From Candidatus Saccharimonadales bacterium (lineage in GTDB: Bacteria; Patescibacteriota; Saccharimonadia; Saccharimonadales; DATKHC01): 64,000 nucleotides of DNA. Under the pieces are notes generated by a model, which was not told the origin of the DNA, ran no database searches, and saw only the letters and a list, made by a program, of their open reading frames with translations. The translations under genes were made by a program, and so were the position numbers. Location: contig JBBQBA010000002.1 in assembly GCA_038317055.1 (NCBI GenBank), forward strand, positions 182,967 through 246,966. The letters are read 5' to 3'. Positions 9,041 through 18,975 of the stretch are shown piece by piece; position 1 is the first letter of the stretch; every line of letters begins with the position of its first letter.

Positions 9041-10702
9041 ATGAGATTGTATAAATCACTACTTATTATTAGCGCTGTTACGGGAGGCCTGTGGTTAGGT
9101 TCATCTATTCTTGGATCTACAGCTTATGCATCTACTGATACAGGTAATCTAGCAACTGATCAATCTTCTTCTCAAACAGACAACAACCCAATAAGTAACT
9201 CTAAGGTGACGACAGCTAACATACCACCCTCAACAATTCCCGTAAATAACACTATTGCTACTTTGCCAACAACAGATGCAACTATAAATAACTCAACACA
9301 GTCTAATGCTCTATCTTCTGATGCATCCGTAACCAGTAACACAACAGCAGGTGACGCAACTAGTGGTACCGCAAATGATACATCCAACACACTAAATTCA
9401 GTTAACTCTGCAACAAGTTTAAGTGGTGGAGGGATTAAGACATTTACTCAAGATATAAACGGATCTCACAACGGTGATCTGAACATTGATCCTGGTACTG
9501 TTGCACAATCATTACAAAGTCAGAATGCAGTTGCATCTACGACAAATTCTTCCGGCACTATTAATAATAATATTGACCTTGGAGCTCTAAGTGGAAACGC
9601 GAGTGTTTTAAGCAATACAACTGCGGGGAATGCAACTAGTGGTGATGCGGTTACTGAAGCAAATCTTATTAATCTTATAAATTCCGGAATCACCGATAAT
9701 AATGCGTTTCTAGGTGTAATAAATATTTATGGGGACCTAAACGGTAACATAGTATTACCCAGCAATTTAATAGATTCACTTTCCAACAACCAGAGTTCAT
9801 CTAGCAGTAATCCAACAAGCTTGACTACTGCTACAGTAAACAATAATCAAGAAGTTAATAATAATGTTAACCTTTTAGCTAAATCGGGTGACGCTAGAGT
9901 AAATAACAACACAACTGCGGGGAATGCAACTAGTGGAAATGCTTCAACTGCAGTAAATATATATAATCTGCTAAACAGCCAAATAGTAGGCGGAAATTTG
10001 TTGCTGGTTTTTGTAAATGTTTCTGGAACATGGTTTGGTCTACTTCTAAATGCACCAGCCGGGTCTACGTCAACGGCAATTGGGAGTAATATTCAACAAA
10101 GTTCAATTATTCCAAATTCTCAAACAAACATAAACAACAAAGCTTTGATTAATAACAATATTAATTTAAATTCAGTTTCTGGTAATGCGTTAGTATCTAA
10201 AAATACTACCGCGGGTAATGCAACAAGTGGTAATGCTTCTGCAATAGTGAATATTGCTAACATTCTTGGTGATCAAATCAATTTAACCGGCTGGTTGGGA
10301 ATTCTAATTATAAATGTATTTGGATCATGGAACGGCAGTTTAATTCTTCAACCTATAGCTAATACTGCAGTAGTTCTAAACCAGCCAATAAATACATACA
10401 CTAGTACGAGTATCACAACAATTAGTTATGAAACCGTAGTGACCTACTTCAATCACACTTACCACTCATTTTATGCAAATACGAACTATCCAGATACAAA
10501 CCAATCAACTACACCACCATCTAATAATGATAGCCAAGCCAAAAATTACCATGGATTAAGTAATTTTGCCAGTATTATTTCTCCAACCAGTCATATAAAC
10601 AAAAACAATGATATTGGTACTAAAGTTGCTGTCTTTGGTATAGTATTTGCCGGCATATTAATTGCATGTGAGAGAATATTCGCTTTAATTATTCGCCCAT
10701 AG
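9041..10702 (+). CDS. Secreted four-repeat protein with C-terminal TM (large paralog B of 5201..7093)
   Basis: Signal peptide ending AYA; four NTTAG[ND]ATSG units; shared blocks with paralog A (INIYGDL.GNI.LP, LLVFVNV.G.W.GL..NAP.GSTS, L.GW.GIL.INV.G.WNGSL); C-terminal TM. Confidence 0.85.
   Translation: MRLYKSLLIISAVTGGLWLGSSILGSTAYASTDTGNLATDQSSSQTDNNPISNSKVTTANIPPSTIPVNNTIATLPTTDATINNSTQSNALSSDASVTSNTTAGDATSGTANDTSNTLNSVNSATSLSGGGIKTFTQDINGSHNGDLNIDPGTVAQSLQSQNAVASTTNSSGTINNNIDLGALSGNASVLSNTTAGNATSGDAVTEANLINLINSGITDNNAFLGVINIYGDLNGNIVLPSNLIDSLSNNQSSSSSNPTSLTTATVNNNQEVNNNVNLLAKSGDARVNNNTTAGNATSGNASTAVNIYNLLNSQIVGGNLLLVFVNVSGTWFGLLLNAPAGSTSTAIGSNIQQSSIIPNSQTNINNKALINNNINLNSVSGNALVSKNTTAGNATSGNASAIVNIANILGDQINLTGWLGILIINVFGSWNGSLILQPIANTAVVLNQPINTYTSTSITTISYETVVTYFNHTYHSFYANTNYPDTNQSTTPPSNNDSQAKNYHGLSNFASIISPTSHINKNNDIGTKVAVFGIVFAGILIACERIFALIIRP
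9617..9936 (+). repeat. Exact 26-bp intragenic direct repeat (9617-9642 and 9911-9936)
   Basis: ACAACTGCGGGGAATGCAACTAGTGG at both sites. Confidence 0.9.
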
Positions 10703-10748
10703 TCGCATAGCAAAAGCTTAAATGATAAATTTTGATATAATATAGATC

Positions 10749-11639
10749 ATGCAAAAAGTTATCTTATATTATTTGTTCACTCCAATTAAAGACCCAGAAG
10801 CAGTCAGATTATGGCAAACTGATCTGGCGGAACGGTTAAATTTAAAAGGAAGAATACTTTTATCTGAACACGGAATTAATGGTACGCTTGGTGGAAATAT
10901 TGACGATCTTAAAAAATATGTAACTAAAAACAAATCTTATAAACCATTCAAGAAACTTACATATAAATGGAGTCTGGGTTCAAGTGATGATTTTCCAAGA
11001 TTATCAGTTAAGGTCAGAGACGAAATAGTTACATTTGGAGCGACTAAGGAACTACAGGTTGATGAAAACGGAGTGATTGGTGGTGGTAAGCACATTAAAC
11101 CAGAGAAACTTCATGAAATGATTAAAAATAAGCAAGTTGTTATGTTAGACGGTCGCAACCAGTATGAAGCGGCAGTAGGAAAGTTTAAGAATGCTATCGT
11201 ACCCGAAGTAGATAATACTAGAGATTTTATTAATGAAATTGAAAAACCTAAATATGATGAGCTAAAGAATAAGCCAGTTGTAGCTTATTGTACCGGCGGA
11301 ATTAGATGTGAGGTATTAACTTCACTTATGAAAAATCGCGGTTTTAAAGATGTATATCAAATTGAAGGTGGAATTGCTAAGTATATAGAGAAGTATGGTG
11401 ATGAAGGTCTATGGGAAGGTTCATTATATGTCTTCGATAAACGAATGGGCATGAAACCATCTATGGAGACAAAAGATATTGGAATGTGCACCTACTGCCA
11501 AGGTAACACTAGCAGATATATTAATTGCTCAAATAAAGCCTGTAACCAATTAATTCTAGTTTGTGATAAATGTGATCAAGAAACGTTTTGTAAGAATTGT
11601 TCGACAAACACTGTCAAAACTTTTACTAAAACTGCTTAA
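10749..11639 (+). CDS. trhO: Rhodanese-domain tRNA uridine hydroxylase (UPF0176/YceA family)
   Basis: GRILLSEHGINGT, YCTGGIRCE, WEGSLYVFDKR, C-terminal Cys cluster. Confidence 0.9.
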   Translation: MQKVILYYLFTPIKDPEAVRLWQTDLAERLNLKGRILLSEHGINGTLGGNIDDLKKYVTKNKSYKPFKKLTYKWSLGSSDDFPRLSVKVRDEIVTFGATKELQVDENGVIGGGKHIKPEKLHEMIKNKQVVMLDGRNQYEAAVGKFKNAIVPEVDNTRDFINEIEKPKYDELKNKPVVAYCTGGIRCEVLTSLMKNRGFKDVYQIEGGIAKYIEKYGDEGLWEGSLYVFDKRMGMKPSMETKDIGMCTYCQGNTSRYINCSNKACNQLILVCDKCDQETFCKNCSTNTVKTFTKTA

Positions 11640-11641
11640 GT

Positions 11642-12028
11642 TTACTTAGGTTTTTCTTTACGCTCAAGTTCTCGAATTTGATCATGATCTAAACCAAAGT
11701 AGTGTGCAACTTCGTGCCAAACTGTTCTACCTATACGATCGAATAATTCACTCATGTTATTACTGAAGTATTCTAATGGTTTCTGAAAAAGTGTAATTTT
11801 ATCTGGAAGAGTTTTTAAAACTCCTTGTCTTTGCGATAAAGGAACTCCCTCATATAAACCAAATAATGACTGATCGTTCCTCAACATTAGTTTATGTCTT
11901 TGTTCAAGACTTGGTTCATCTTCAACTAGAATAGCTACATTTTTAATTTTAGCTAAGTAGTCTTTCGGAAGCTGGGCGACTGCCTTATTTACAAGATCTT
12001 CAAACTCATTTCTGGATATCATTATCAT
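11642..12028 (-). CDS. Minimal zincin metallopeptidase (DUF1025-like)
   Basis: LFGLYEGVPL, PDKITLF, HEVAHYFG. Confidence 0.9.
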   Translation of the reverse strand: MIMISRNEFEDLVNKAVAQLPKDYLAKIKNVAILVEDEPSLEQRHKLMLRNDQSLFGLYEGVPLSQRQGVLKTLPDKITLFQKPLEYFSNNMSELFDRIGRTVWHEVAHYFGLDHDQIRELERKEKPK

Positions 12029-12075
12029 AAATTAAGTGTAACAAATAACATTTCTGTTATTTACCAATATATTTA

Positions 12076-12600
12076 TTAATGATTTTTTAACCAGGCTATT
12101 TCTAATAGGTTATTTAATGCAAATATCTGATCCACATGTAGTTCATGTTCACCAGCAACAGGATCAGAAATTAACTCTGGATTATCGAGTGATTTAGAAA
12201 AATGTTGAACTTGCTTTGACTGTAATAGTAAACCAGTCCCATCAGGTACATATGTATCAATTCCCCTACTAAACGTATGCGGATTAACTTCTAGCTGACT
12301 TCTATGAATAATACATATTTGGTCGTCATCATGAAATTGACGTCTCAGCTCTACTTCAAAATCAGTATCACTAAGAATTACTACTTCACTATCATTTTCA
12401 TACTCATTATATGAGATGGAATTTTCAGGAGGTATATCTAATATATGATTTACTAGATCAAATAATTTAGCAGTGTCTTTAAGTCTAGTTTCTCTTTTAC
12501 CTAGCAGCTTATCCTCAGTTTTTTTTCTAATTAACTCGAGAACTCTACTGCCAATAACAACGTCTTTACCTAATCTGGTTTCTGGGTGTAATTCAAACAT
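12076..12600 (-). CDS. Hypothetical acidic protein
   Basis: 174-aa ORF, no recognised motif. Confidence 0.6.
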   Translation of the reverse strand: MFELHPETRLGKDVVIGSRVLELIRKKTEDKLLGKRETRLKDTAKLFDLVNHILDIPPENSISYNEYENDSEVVILSDTDFEVELRRQFHDDDQICIIHRSQLEVNPHTFSRGIDTYVPDGTGLLLQSKQVQHFSKSLDNPELISDPVAGEHELHVDQIFALNNLLEIAWLKNH

Positions 12601-12661
12601 AAATAAGTATATATCATAACACTTATAGTCTATTATTGCAACCCTGTGATGCTTATTTTGT

Positions 12662-13387
12662 TTACTGAACGTTTATACGAGTAAACCCTTCGCCATAACT
12701 GACACCCATTTTACCGCCAGTTAATTTAGCTAAGTTTTTCATCATCTCTTGCGTCGATTTTATATCTGCCATTTGACTCGTGTGGGCTGCTAATGCTGCC
12801 ATCTTATTATCTATAGTTGCAGTTATATCAACAAAGAAATTTCCTTCACCAAAACTCGATAGTAGAAGTGTTGCGACTTTATGCGGTTGTAAGCCTTCAT
12901 CTATAAGTTCAGGAAAAGTAAGTCTGTCTCTTGCCATAGGAAAAACGGCATCTATTGTTGCTTGACCAGCTGCTCGATGATCTGAGTGATTAATAAAACC
13001 TCTTTCAGAATCAAACATTACTGTAGGGTCCGTAGTAAGCACTACATCAGGTTTTACTTTGCGTATTACTCGACAAATATCTTTTTTTAAGTCCATTGTT
13101 ACTTCCAGATATGCGTCAGGATTAGCTAAAAAGAAAGCCTCTTTACCGCCGATTGCTTTTAGGGCATTTATTTGTTCTTCTTGTCTTATTTTAATTAACA
13201 TCTCAGATGTCATTTTTGGGTCGTCTGAACCCTTGCTACCATCAGTTAAAATTAGATAGTAGACTTCGGCTCCTTCAGATGCCCAACGAGCTAAAGCTCC
13301 CGACGCACCAAAATCTAAGTCATCTGGATGGGCTGCGACTCCTAGAACTACCTTAGGTTTAAGTTCATTTGAATTTAATTCATTCAT
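12662..13387 (-). CDS. PIG-L/LmbE family deacetylase
   Basis: AHPDD, LTDGSKG, HSDH, AHTSQ motifs. Confidence 0.9.
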   Translation of the reverse strand: MNELNSNELKPKVVLGVAAHPDDLDFGASGALARWASEGAEVYYLILTDGSKGSDDPKMTSEMLIKIRQEEQINALKAIGGKEAFFLANPDAYLEVTMDLKKDICRVIRKVKPDVVLTTDPTVMFDSERGFINHSDHRAAGQATIDAVFPMARDRLTFPELIDEGLQPHKVATLLLSSFGEGNFFVDITATIDNKMAALAAHTSQMADIKSTQEMMKNLAKLTGGKMGVSYGEGFTRINVQ

Positions 13388-13450
13388 TTAAAGTCCTTGT
13401 ATATTACGATTTGTATATACTCTATAACTTATCGTATCTGATATCAAAGA

Positions 13451-14074
13451 TTATTTAGCTGTTTCTTTTCGTTTTTTTGTAATTTTGTATGCGGCAAAAC
13501 CTATTAAAGATACAACAAAAATAATGGATACATAGAGCTGATACTTAAGAATCGTTTGTATATGGCTACCGCCGTAGTAACCAACTGCAGCCCAAGTTAA
13601 GACCCAGATTGTGGCACCAATAGTGTTATAGATTAAGAATTTTCCCCATTTCATTTCACTTGTTCCAGCAATTATCCCATTTAATTGTCTTAGACCATCA
13701 ATGAATCTGGCAACAATAACTACTTTGCCACCGTTTCTATTGAAGAAGTCTTCAAATTTCTTATATCTTTCAGGAGGAAGGAAAATATATTTCCCGTATT
13801 TATTTACTAGTTTAGTACCTCCATAGTTACCAATTGCAAAAGCGATGTTATCGCCTAAGATTGCGGCAATTATACCAACTAAAATAACAACGAATATATT
13901 AAGCTGACCTATTCCTGCAAATACAGCAGCTGCAACTAGGGTAGTTTCGCCGGGCAATGGAATACCCATACTTTCAACTAACAAAAGGCCGCCAACTCCA
14001 AAATAACCATATTGGCTAACAAATGGTGCAGCAACTTGTATTATATGCGGGATATTTTCAGGTAACTGGCTCAT
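13451..14074 (-). CDS. dedA: DedA family membrane protein
   Basis: ESMGIPLPGE, GDNIAFAIG, ARFIDGLR. Confidence 0.9.
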   Translation of the reverse strand: MSQLPENIPHIIQVAAPFVSQYGYFGVGGLLLVESMGIPLPGETTLVAAAVFAGIGQLNIFVVILVGIIAAILGDNIAFAIGNYGGTKLVNKYGKYIFLPPERYKKFEDFFNRNGGKVVIVARFIDGLRQLNGIIAGTSEMKWGKFLIYNTIGATIWVLTWAAVGYYGGSHIQTILKYQLYVSIIFVVSLIGFAAYKITKKRKETAK

Positions 14075-14212
14075 AATCTTATGTTATTAAGAATAACATT
14101 AATTGAAGTAGCTGCAGGTTAACAGTAAGGATAGTTAACTTAGCAACAAATAAATCCTTATGTTTTTAACTAAATTGCATTTATAATGAAATCATTACAA
14201 TAAATAAAAATT

Positions 14213-16027
14213 ATGCCCCCAAGTCGAAATAATCGAAATCCTAATAAAAATGACAAAATGCCGAAGTCACACACTTTGGCCAGGATTAGGACGCTATATT
14301 CAATTCTTATTATTATTGGAGCAATTTTTATTGTTAGATTATTTTATTTACAGATTATTCGACATAATTACTACCAAACAGCCGCCAATAGCGATCAATT
14401 AAAACAATATCAAATTCCAGCCCAAAGAGGCATGATTCTAGCAAATAGTGCTGGTGAGACCGTACCGCTAGTACTTAATCAGTCTTTATATACATTATTC
14501 GCAGATCCACCCCTAGTTAAGAATGCGAACTCAGATGCAACTTCAATTCAAAAAATTATAGGTGGTGATGTAGCTTCATATCAAAAATCCCTAACTGTAA
14601 CCGGGACTCAATATTCGGTTTTGGCAAAACAAATTACTAAATCCCAGTCTGATGCAATTTTAGCCTTAAAATTACCAGGAATTGATACCATAGCAGGTAA
14701 CTACAGAACCTACCCTGATGGCCCACTGGCTGCATCATTACTTGGATTCGTTAACGCCAATGGTTCAGGTCAATATGGTATCGAACAAGCCTTAAACAAA
14801 ACTTTAGCTGGTACAAACGGTAAAATTAAAGCTGTCACTGACGCACAGGGCATTCCACTAGTTGGGAGTAAGGGTAATATACTAAAGAACGCTGTAAACG
14901 GAAATAACGTTGCACTTACAATTAATGTTCCCGTACAACAACAGCTAGAAACAGTGCTCCAGGCTGGTTTAAAACGGGCTCGATCTAGTTCAGGGAACGT
15001 AACTATACTAGATACTACTAACGGTAACGTAATCGCGATGGCTAATTATCCAAGTTATGATCCAGGTAATTATGCCAATGTCAGTAGTCCAAACGATTAT
15101 CAAAATGCTGCAGCAGATTCACCACTTGAAGTCGGCTCTATTATGAAAACCCTAACTGTAGCCGCAGCACTAAACACTGGATCAATAAGTAGCCCAGCAC
15201 AAGTATTTAATGATCCTGGTAGTTATACAATTGATGGTTCTAAAATTACTGATATTGCACAGGATAGCGGAGTAGATAAAGGTCCGATTTCTGTGACAAG
15301 TATTCTTGTAAACTCACTTAATACGGGTGCGACTTGGCTTTTATCTACTATGGGTGGCAGACAAGTTAACCAACAAGCACGGAATACATGGTACGACTAT
15401 ATGACTAATCATTATCATCTTGGATCTTCCACCGGCATTCAGCAAGGCTATGAGGCTAGCGGTTATATACCTGACCCAAATAAAGGTTCTGCACTTGATT
15501 TAGCATATGCTAACACTGCTTTTGGACAAGCAATGACAGCAACACCACTGCAAATGGCAGCTGCTGTTGGGGCGGCATTAAATGGAGGTACATATTTTCA
15601 GCCTAATTTAGTTCAAAGCGTTACAAACCCTACGACTGGAGTAACGACTATAAATAAACCGAAAGTATGGAAATATGGTGTAATTAAGCCGACTACATCT
15701 GCACAACTAGCTCAGATTATGGAAGAAGTAGTACATGATAATTATGTGTTTTATTCAATGAGCAAGCCACAAGCCGGATATATAATTGGAGGTAAGACTG
15801 GTACTGCTCAAATTGCCGCACCCGGTGGAGGCTATTATGCAGATAAATTCAACGGTACATTTGTAGGGTTTGTTGGTGTAAAAACACCTCAATACGTAAT
15901 TATGGTAGAAGTTAATCAGCCTAATCTACCTGAAAATAGTGTTGACACATACGCTGGTGCTGGAGCTGCCGCTCCAATCTTTGGTGGGGTTGTTAATTTA
16001 CTTATTAATGGTGGATATGTAAACTAA
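14213..16027 (+). CDS. Class B penicillin-binding protein (FtsI/PBP2 family)
   Basis: N-terminal TM, RLFYLQ, RG, dimerisation domain; SxxK (SIMK), SxN (SLN), KTG. Confidence 0.92.
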   Translation: MPPSRNNRNPNKNDKMPKSHTLARIRTLYSILIIIGAIFIVRLFYLQIIRHNYYQTAANSDQLKQYQIPAQRGMILANSAGETVPLVLNQSLYTLFADPPLVKNANSDATSIQKIIGGDVASYQKSLTVTGTQYSVLAKQITKSQSDAILALKLPGIDTIAGNYRTYPDGPLAASLLGFVNANGSGQYGIEQALNKTLAGTNGKIKAVTDAQGIPLVGSKGNILKNAVNGNNVALTINVPVQQQLETVLQAGLKRARSSSGNVTILDTTNGNVIAMANYPSYDPGNYANVSSPNDYQNAAADSPLEVGSIMKTLTVAAALNTGSISSPAQVFNDPGSYTIDGSKITDIAQDSGVDKGPISVTSILVNSLNTGATWLLSTMGGRQVNQQARNTWYDYMTNHYHLGSSTGIQQGYEASGYIPDPNKGSALDLAYANTAFGQAMTATPLQMAAAVGAALNGGTYFQPNLVQSVTNPTTGVTTINKPKVWKYGVIKPTTSAQLAQIMEEVVHDNYVFYSMSKPQAGYIIGGKTGTAQIAAPGGGYYADKFNGTFVGFVGVKTPQYVIMVEVNQPNLPENSVDTYAGAGAAAPIFGGVVNLLINGGYVN

Positions 16028-16062
16028 TTCATCTGTATAATAAGCAGCAGGAGATTAAGAGA

Positions 16063-16473
16063 GTGGCGAAAAAGAAGCAGAAAAAAATTATTGTAAACAT
16101 GCCTTCATGGGTTTCAAGAGTTTATAGTATTTTTGCTGCGCTACTTGTTCCGTGGACAATTTATCTTGCTTATTCACTTCCACGTAGACAAATACAGAAA
16201 AACTGGGATATATCTTGGGTTGGATTAGATATAGGAATAATATTTCTTTTACTTCTTACTGGTTTTTTAGCATCTATTAAATCCAGACTTGTGATAATAA
16301 GCTTATCTGCAACAGCCAGCTTTTTACTTGTTGACGCATGGTTCGACATTATTAGTTCAAGGTCAGGCAGAGATCTTGATCAATCACTTTTTTTAGCTTT
16401 TATTATCGAAATACCGCTTTCAATTTTAGGATTTTATTTAGCTTATCGAACAATAAATAAGAACGTAGATTGA
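16063..16473 (+). CDS. Four-TM membrane protein
   Basis: WVGLD, DAWFD motifs, hydrophobic helices, AGGAG SD. Confidence 0.75.
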   Translation: MAKKKQKKIIVNMPSWVSRVYSIFAALLVPWTIYLAYSLPRRQIQKNWDISWVGLDIGIIFLLLLTGFLASIKSRLVIISLSATASFLLVDAWFDIISSRSGRDLDQSLFLAFIIEIPLSILGFYLAYRTINKNVD

Positions 16474-16510
16474 TATTAATATTTAATCGAATGGGGTTAT
16501 AATAAATACC

Positions 16511-16816
16511 ATGAAAAATAACATAAGTGTTATTAAATCCTCAGGAGGCTATGTAGCCGAAATTGTAATAATCTTAATAGCTGTCGTTATTATTGCAATT
16601 GGCATTTGGCGAGTAAAAGATCATGATAAGCACAAGACTACTACAGTTACGACCGTTAATTCTAACTCAGCCGGCAGTGAAACAAGCTCGGATCCTGCAA
16701 TAAATAATTCTCTAAACTCAGTTAATTCGAGCTTAAATCAAGATAATCAAAATATTAATTCAGCGAACAATGCAGTAAACGATCAAGGAAGTCAGATTAG
16801 CGTACCGAGTCAATAG
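16511..16816 (+). CDS. Small single-TM protein with pilin-like N-terminus
   Basis: SGG|YVAEIVIILIAVVIIAIG followed by an N/S/Q-rich tail. Confidence 0.65.
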   Translation: MKNNISVIKSSGGYVAEIVIILIAVVIIAIGIWRVKDHDKHKTTTVTTVNSNSAGSETSSDPAINNSLNSVNSSLNQDNQNINSANNAVNDQGSQISVPSQ

Positions 16817-16936
16817 ATAGAATATATTTAAATGTTAATCACTTTCAATTTAAAATATTTTTATAAATTTAACTTATTTGTACCAAAACCATATAATATA
16901 CTTATGTTTATTTCATTTATATTAAATGTCTAATAT

Positions 16937-17557
16937 ATGCATAGATTAAATAAAAAAGGATTTACAATAGTTGAGGTAATGATTGTACTAGCGATCGCTA
17001 CGCTTCTTTTGGTTATAGTTCTTATTGCGGTTCCAGCTCTTCAAAGAAACTCTCGAAATACCGAAAAAAAACACGATGTTAATGATTTAATTGGAGGTAT
17101 AGTTGACTATAGTTCGACAAATGGTTATTTACCTTATGGATTTTGTACTACAGGTTTAGCCGATGATCCAATAATATTTGTTAGACCAAGTATAGCAACA
17201 GATATACCTATATCAGTAAAATTAGGTTTTTTCAATCAAACTACTGAACACAATGGATCTGTTAATGGAAGTGGTGGCTGTAGTTCAATTTGGCCCGGAG
17301 GAACTTCTGGATTAGTAAGTTTAAAAGAAGTCCATTTATTAACTACTGTTCCCCAATTGTTTCCAGGCGGTCCTGCAGGAACTAATGATCATCTTGCTAT
17401 ATTTATGGACGCTACATGTACTGGTAGCATACCATCGAATCAAGATACTACATTTCCCACTTTAAAAATTATTAATACTGCTCCAGGTCAATTTGCTATT
17501 GCTTATTTAATTGAGACAGGTCAAGGTAAATATGTAGCGCAATGTACTGATGGTTGA
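16937..17557 (+). CDS. Type IV pilin
   Basis: Class III signal KKG|FTIVEVMIVLAI; PALQRNSRN; Cys pairs including a C-terminal Cys. Confidence 0.9.
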   Translation: MHRLNKKGFTIVEVMIVLAIATLLLVIVLIAVPALQRNSRNTEKKHDVNDLIGGIVDYSSTNGYLPYGFCTTGLADDPIIFVRPSIATDIPISVKLGFFNQTTEHNGSVNGSGGCSSIWPGGTSGLVSLKEVHLLTTVPQLFPGGPAGTNDHLAIFMDATCTGSIPSNQDTTFPTLKIINTAPGQFAIAYLIETGQGKYVAQCTDG

Positions 17558-17998
17558 TAAGTGTTAATTCTATAAATTAAAGCCTTTGTCATATACATAT
17601 TTTTAGAATTGCTATATAAGACCTTATTGATAATTTCGTAGAATTTGACTATATGTAATCAGTTTTACGTGACTAAACTTCAAACTTTCTAAAAGTGTAA
17701 AACAACAAACAAAAATCCTACTATTATTAACGTCATTGCAATAAACCAGATGAATCTTAGTATTTTGGTGTTGTTTGTAACTTTAATTCCTGCTTGGTTA
17801 AATTGATTTAATCGATCATCTAGCTCTATTTGAATTTCTCCGACCGATGTAACCCATAACGCCTATAAAGAAATGTAGTTAATAGACAAAACAGCCAATC
17901 TTTTCGTACTTTTGAAATAATTGTTTAAATTTGCAATAAATTTAACAAGTACAAGCACCAGTAAGAACTATAATATATATAGTTAAGAGGTTTAATTA

Positions 17999-18964
17999 AT
18001 GTCAAAAATATATTGGTTCTTGGCTCATGAACAGTTTCAACCTGAAGATTTAGTCATACACGCTCAAGCAGCTGAAAAGGCTGGTTTTGATGGCGTAATG
18101 GTATCAGAACATCTCCAACCTTGGGTTGATGACGTGGGTGCATCTGGTTTCGCTTTTACTACTTTAGGAGCTATTGCTGCAACTACAACAAAAATTAAGA
18201 TGATTACCGGTGTAACTACTCCACTATTTAGATATCATCCGGCCGTAGTAGCTCAGGCTGCTGCTACAATAGACCGAATTTCAAACGGAAGGTTTGAACT
18301 TGGTATTGGTACGGGAGAGAATATAAATGAAGGTCCATTAGGATATAATTTTCCATCTTATAAAGAACGCTCAGACCGAATTATTGAAGCTATGGAAATA
18401 ATGAAAGCACTACTTAGTGGTGAAAAGTTAACATATACGGGTATTCATTATCAAGTAAAAGGTTTAAAGTTATACAGCCCACCGATTAGCAAGGTACCGA
18501 TACTTATGGCAGCTGGTGGCCCACAATCTGCACGTACAGCAGCAAAATATAGTGATGGAATCATAACAAGCGTTAAGAGTGTAGAAGAGACTCAGGAGAA
18601 CATAATTGATACTGTTAAGGATTGGTCAAAATTAAGATTGGCAGCTTCCCGTTGGTCAGTTTATGCAGATAGTGACGATTCAGCCTGGGAAGCATTATCT
18701 GCCCAACGTGGCCTAAGAGCTCCAAGTAGATCAATTTCAATTGATCCTTTGGAACTTCAAAAAGAAGCCGACAATCTTACTCACGAAGAAGTTTTATCAA
18801 AATATAGTCGAATTAATAAAATAGCCGACTATATAGATGTTTATGCGCCACTTATTACTGAACTCAAAGCTGATACAGTAACAATTCAAACTACTTCATT
18901 AAATCAACTAGAAACTATTGCATTGGTTGGTAATCAAGTTCTACCAGTATTACATAAGCTATAA
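17999..18964 (+). CDS. LLM-class F420-dependent oxidoreductase (Fgd/G6PDH-like group)
   Basis: HEQF, SEHLQPW, RYHPAVVAQAAAT, GIGTGENINE. Confidence 0.85.
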   Translation: MSKIYWFLAHEQFQPEDLVIHAQAAEKAGFDGVMVSEHLQPWVDDVGASGFAFTTLGAIAATTTKIKMITGVTTPLFRYHPAVVAQAAATIDRISNGRFELGIGTGENINEGPLGYNFPSYKERSDRIIEAMEIMKALLSGEKLTYTGIHYQVKGLKLYSPPISKVPILMAAGGPQSARTAAKYSDGIITSVKSVEETQENIIDTVKDWSKLRLAASRWSVYADSDDSAWEALSAQRGLRAPSRSISIDPLELQKEADNLTHEEVLSKYSRINKIADYIDVYAPLITELKADTVTIQTTSLNQLETIALVGNQVLPVLHKL

Positions 18965-18975
18965 GGAGTAAATAT

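Noticed and set aside
5201-10702. Repeat locus as a CRISPR array, DGR or ice-nucleation gene
   Set aside because: Repeats are protein-level and degenerate in DNA; no spacers, cas or reverse transcriptase; not the ice-nucleation octapeptide
17688-17855. Open minus-strand frame with a hydrophobic C-terminus (…ILRFIWFIAMTLIIVGFLFVVLHF)
   Set aside because: In-frame stop just upstream and no good start codon; may be a remnant but cannot be supported
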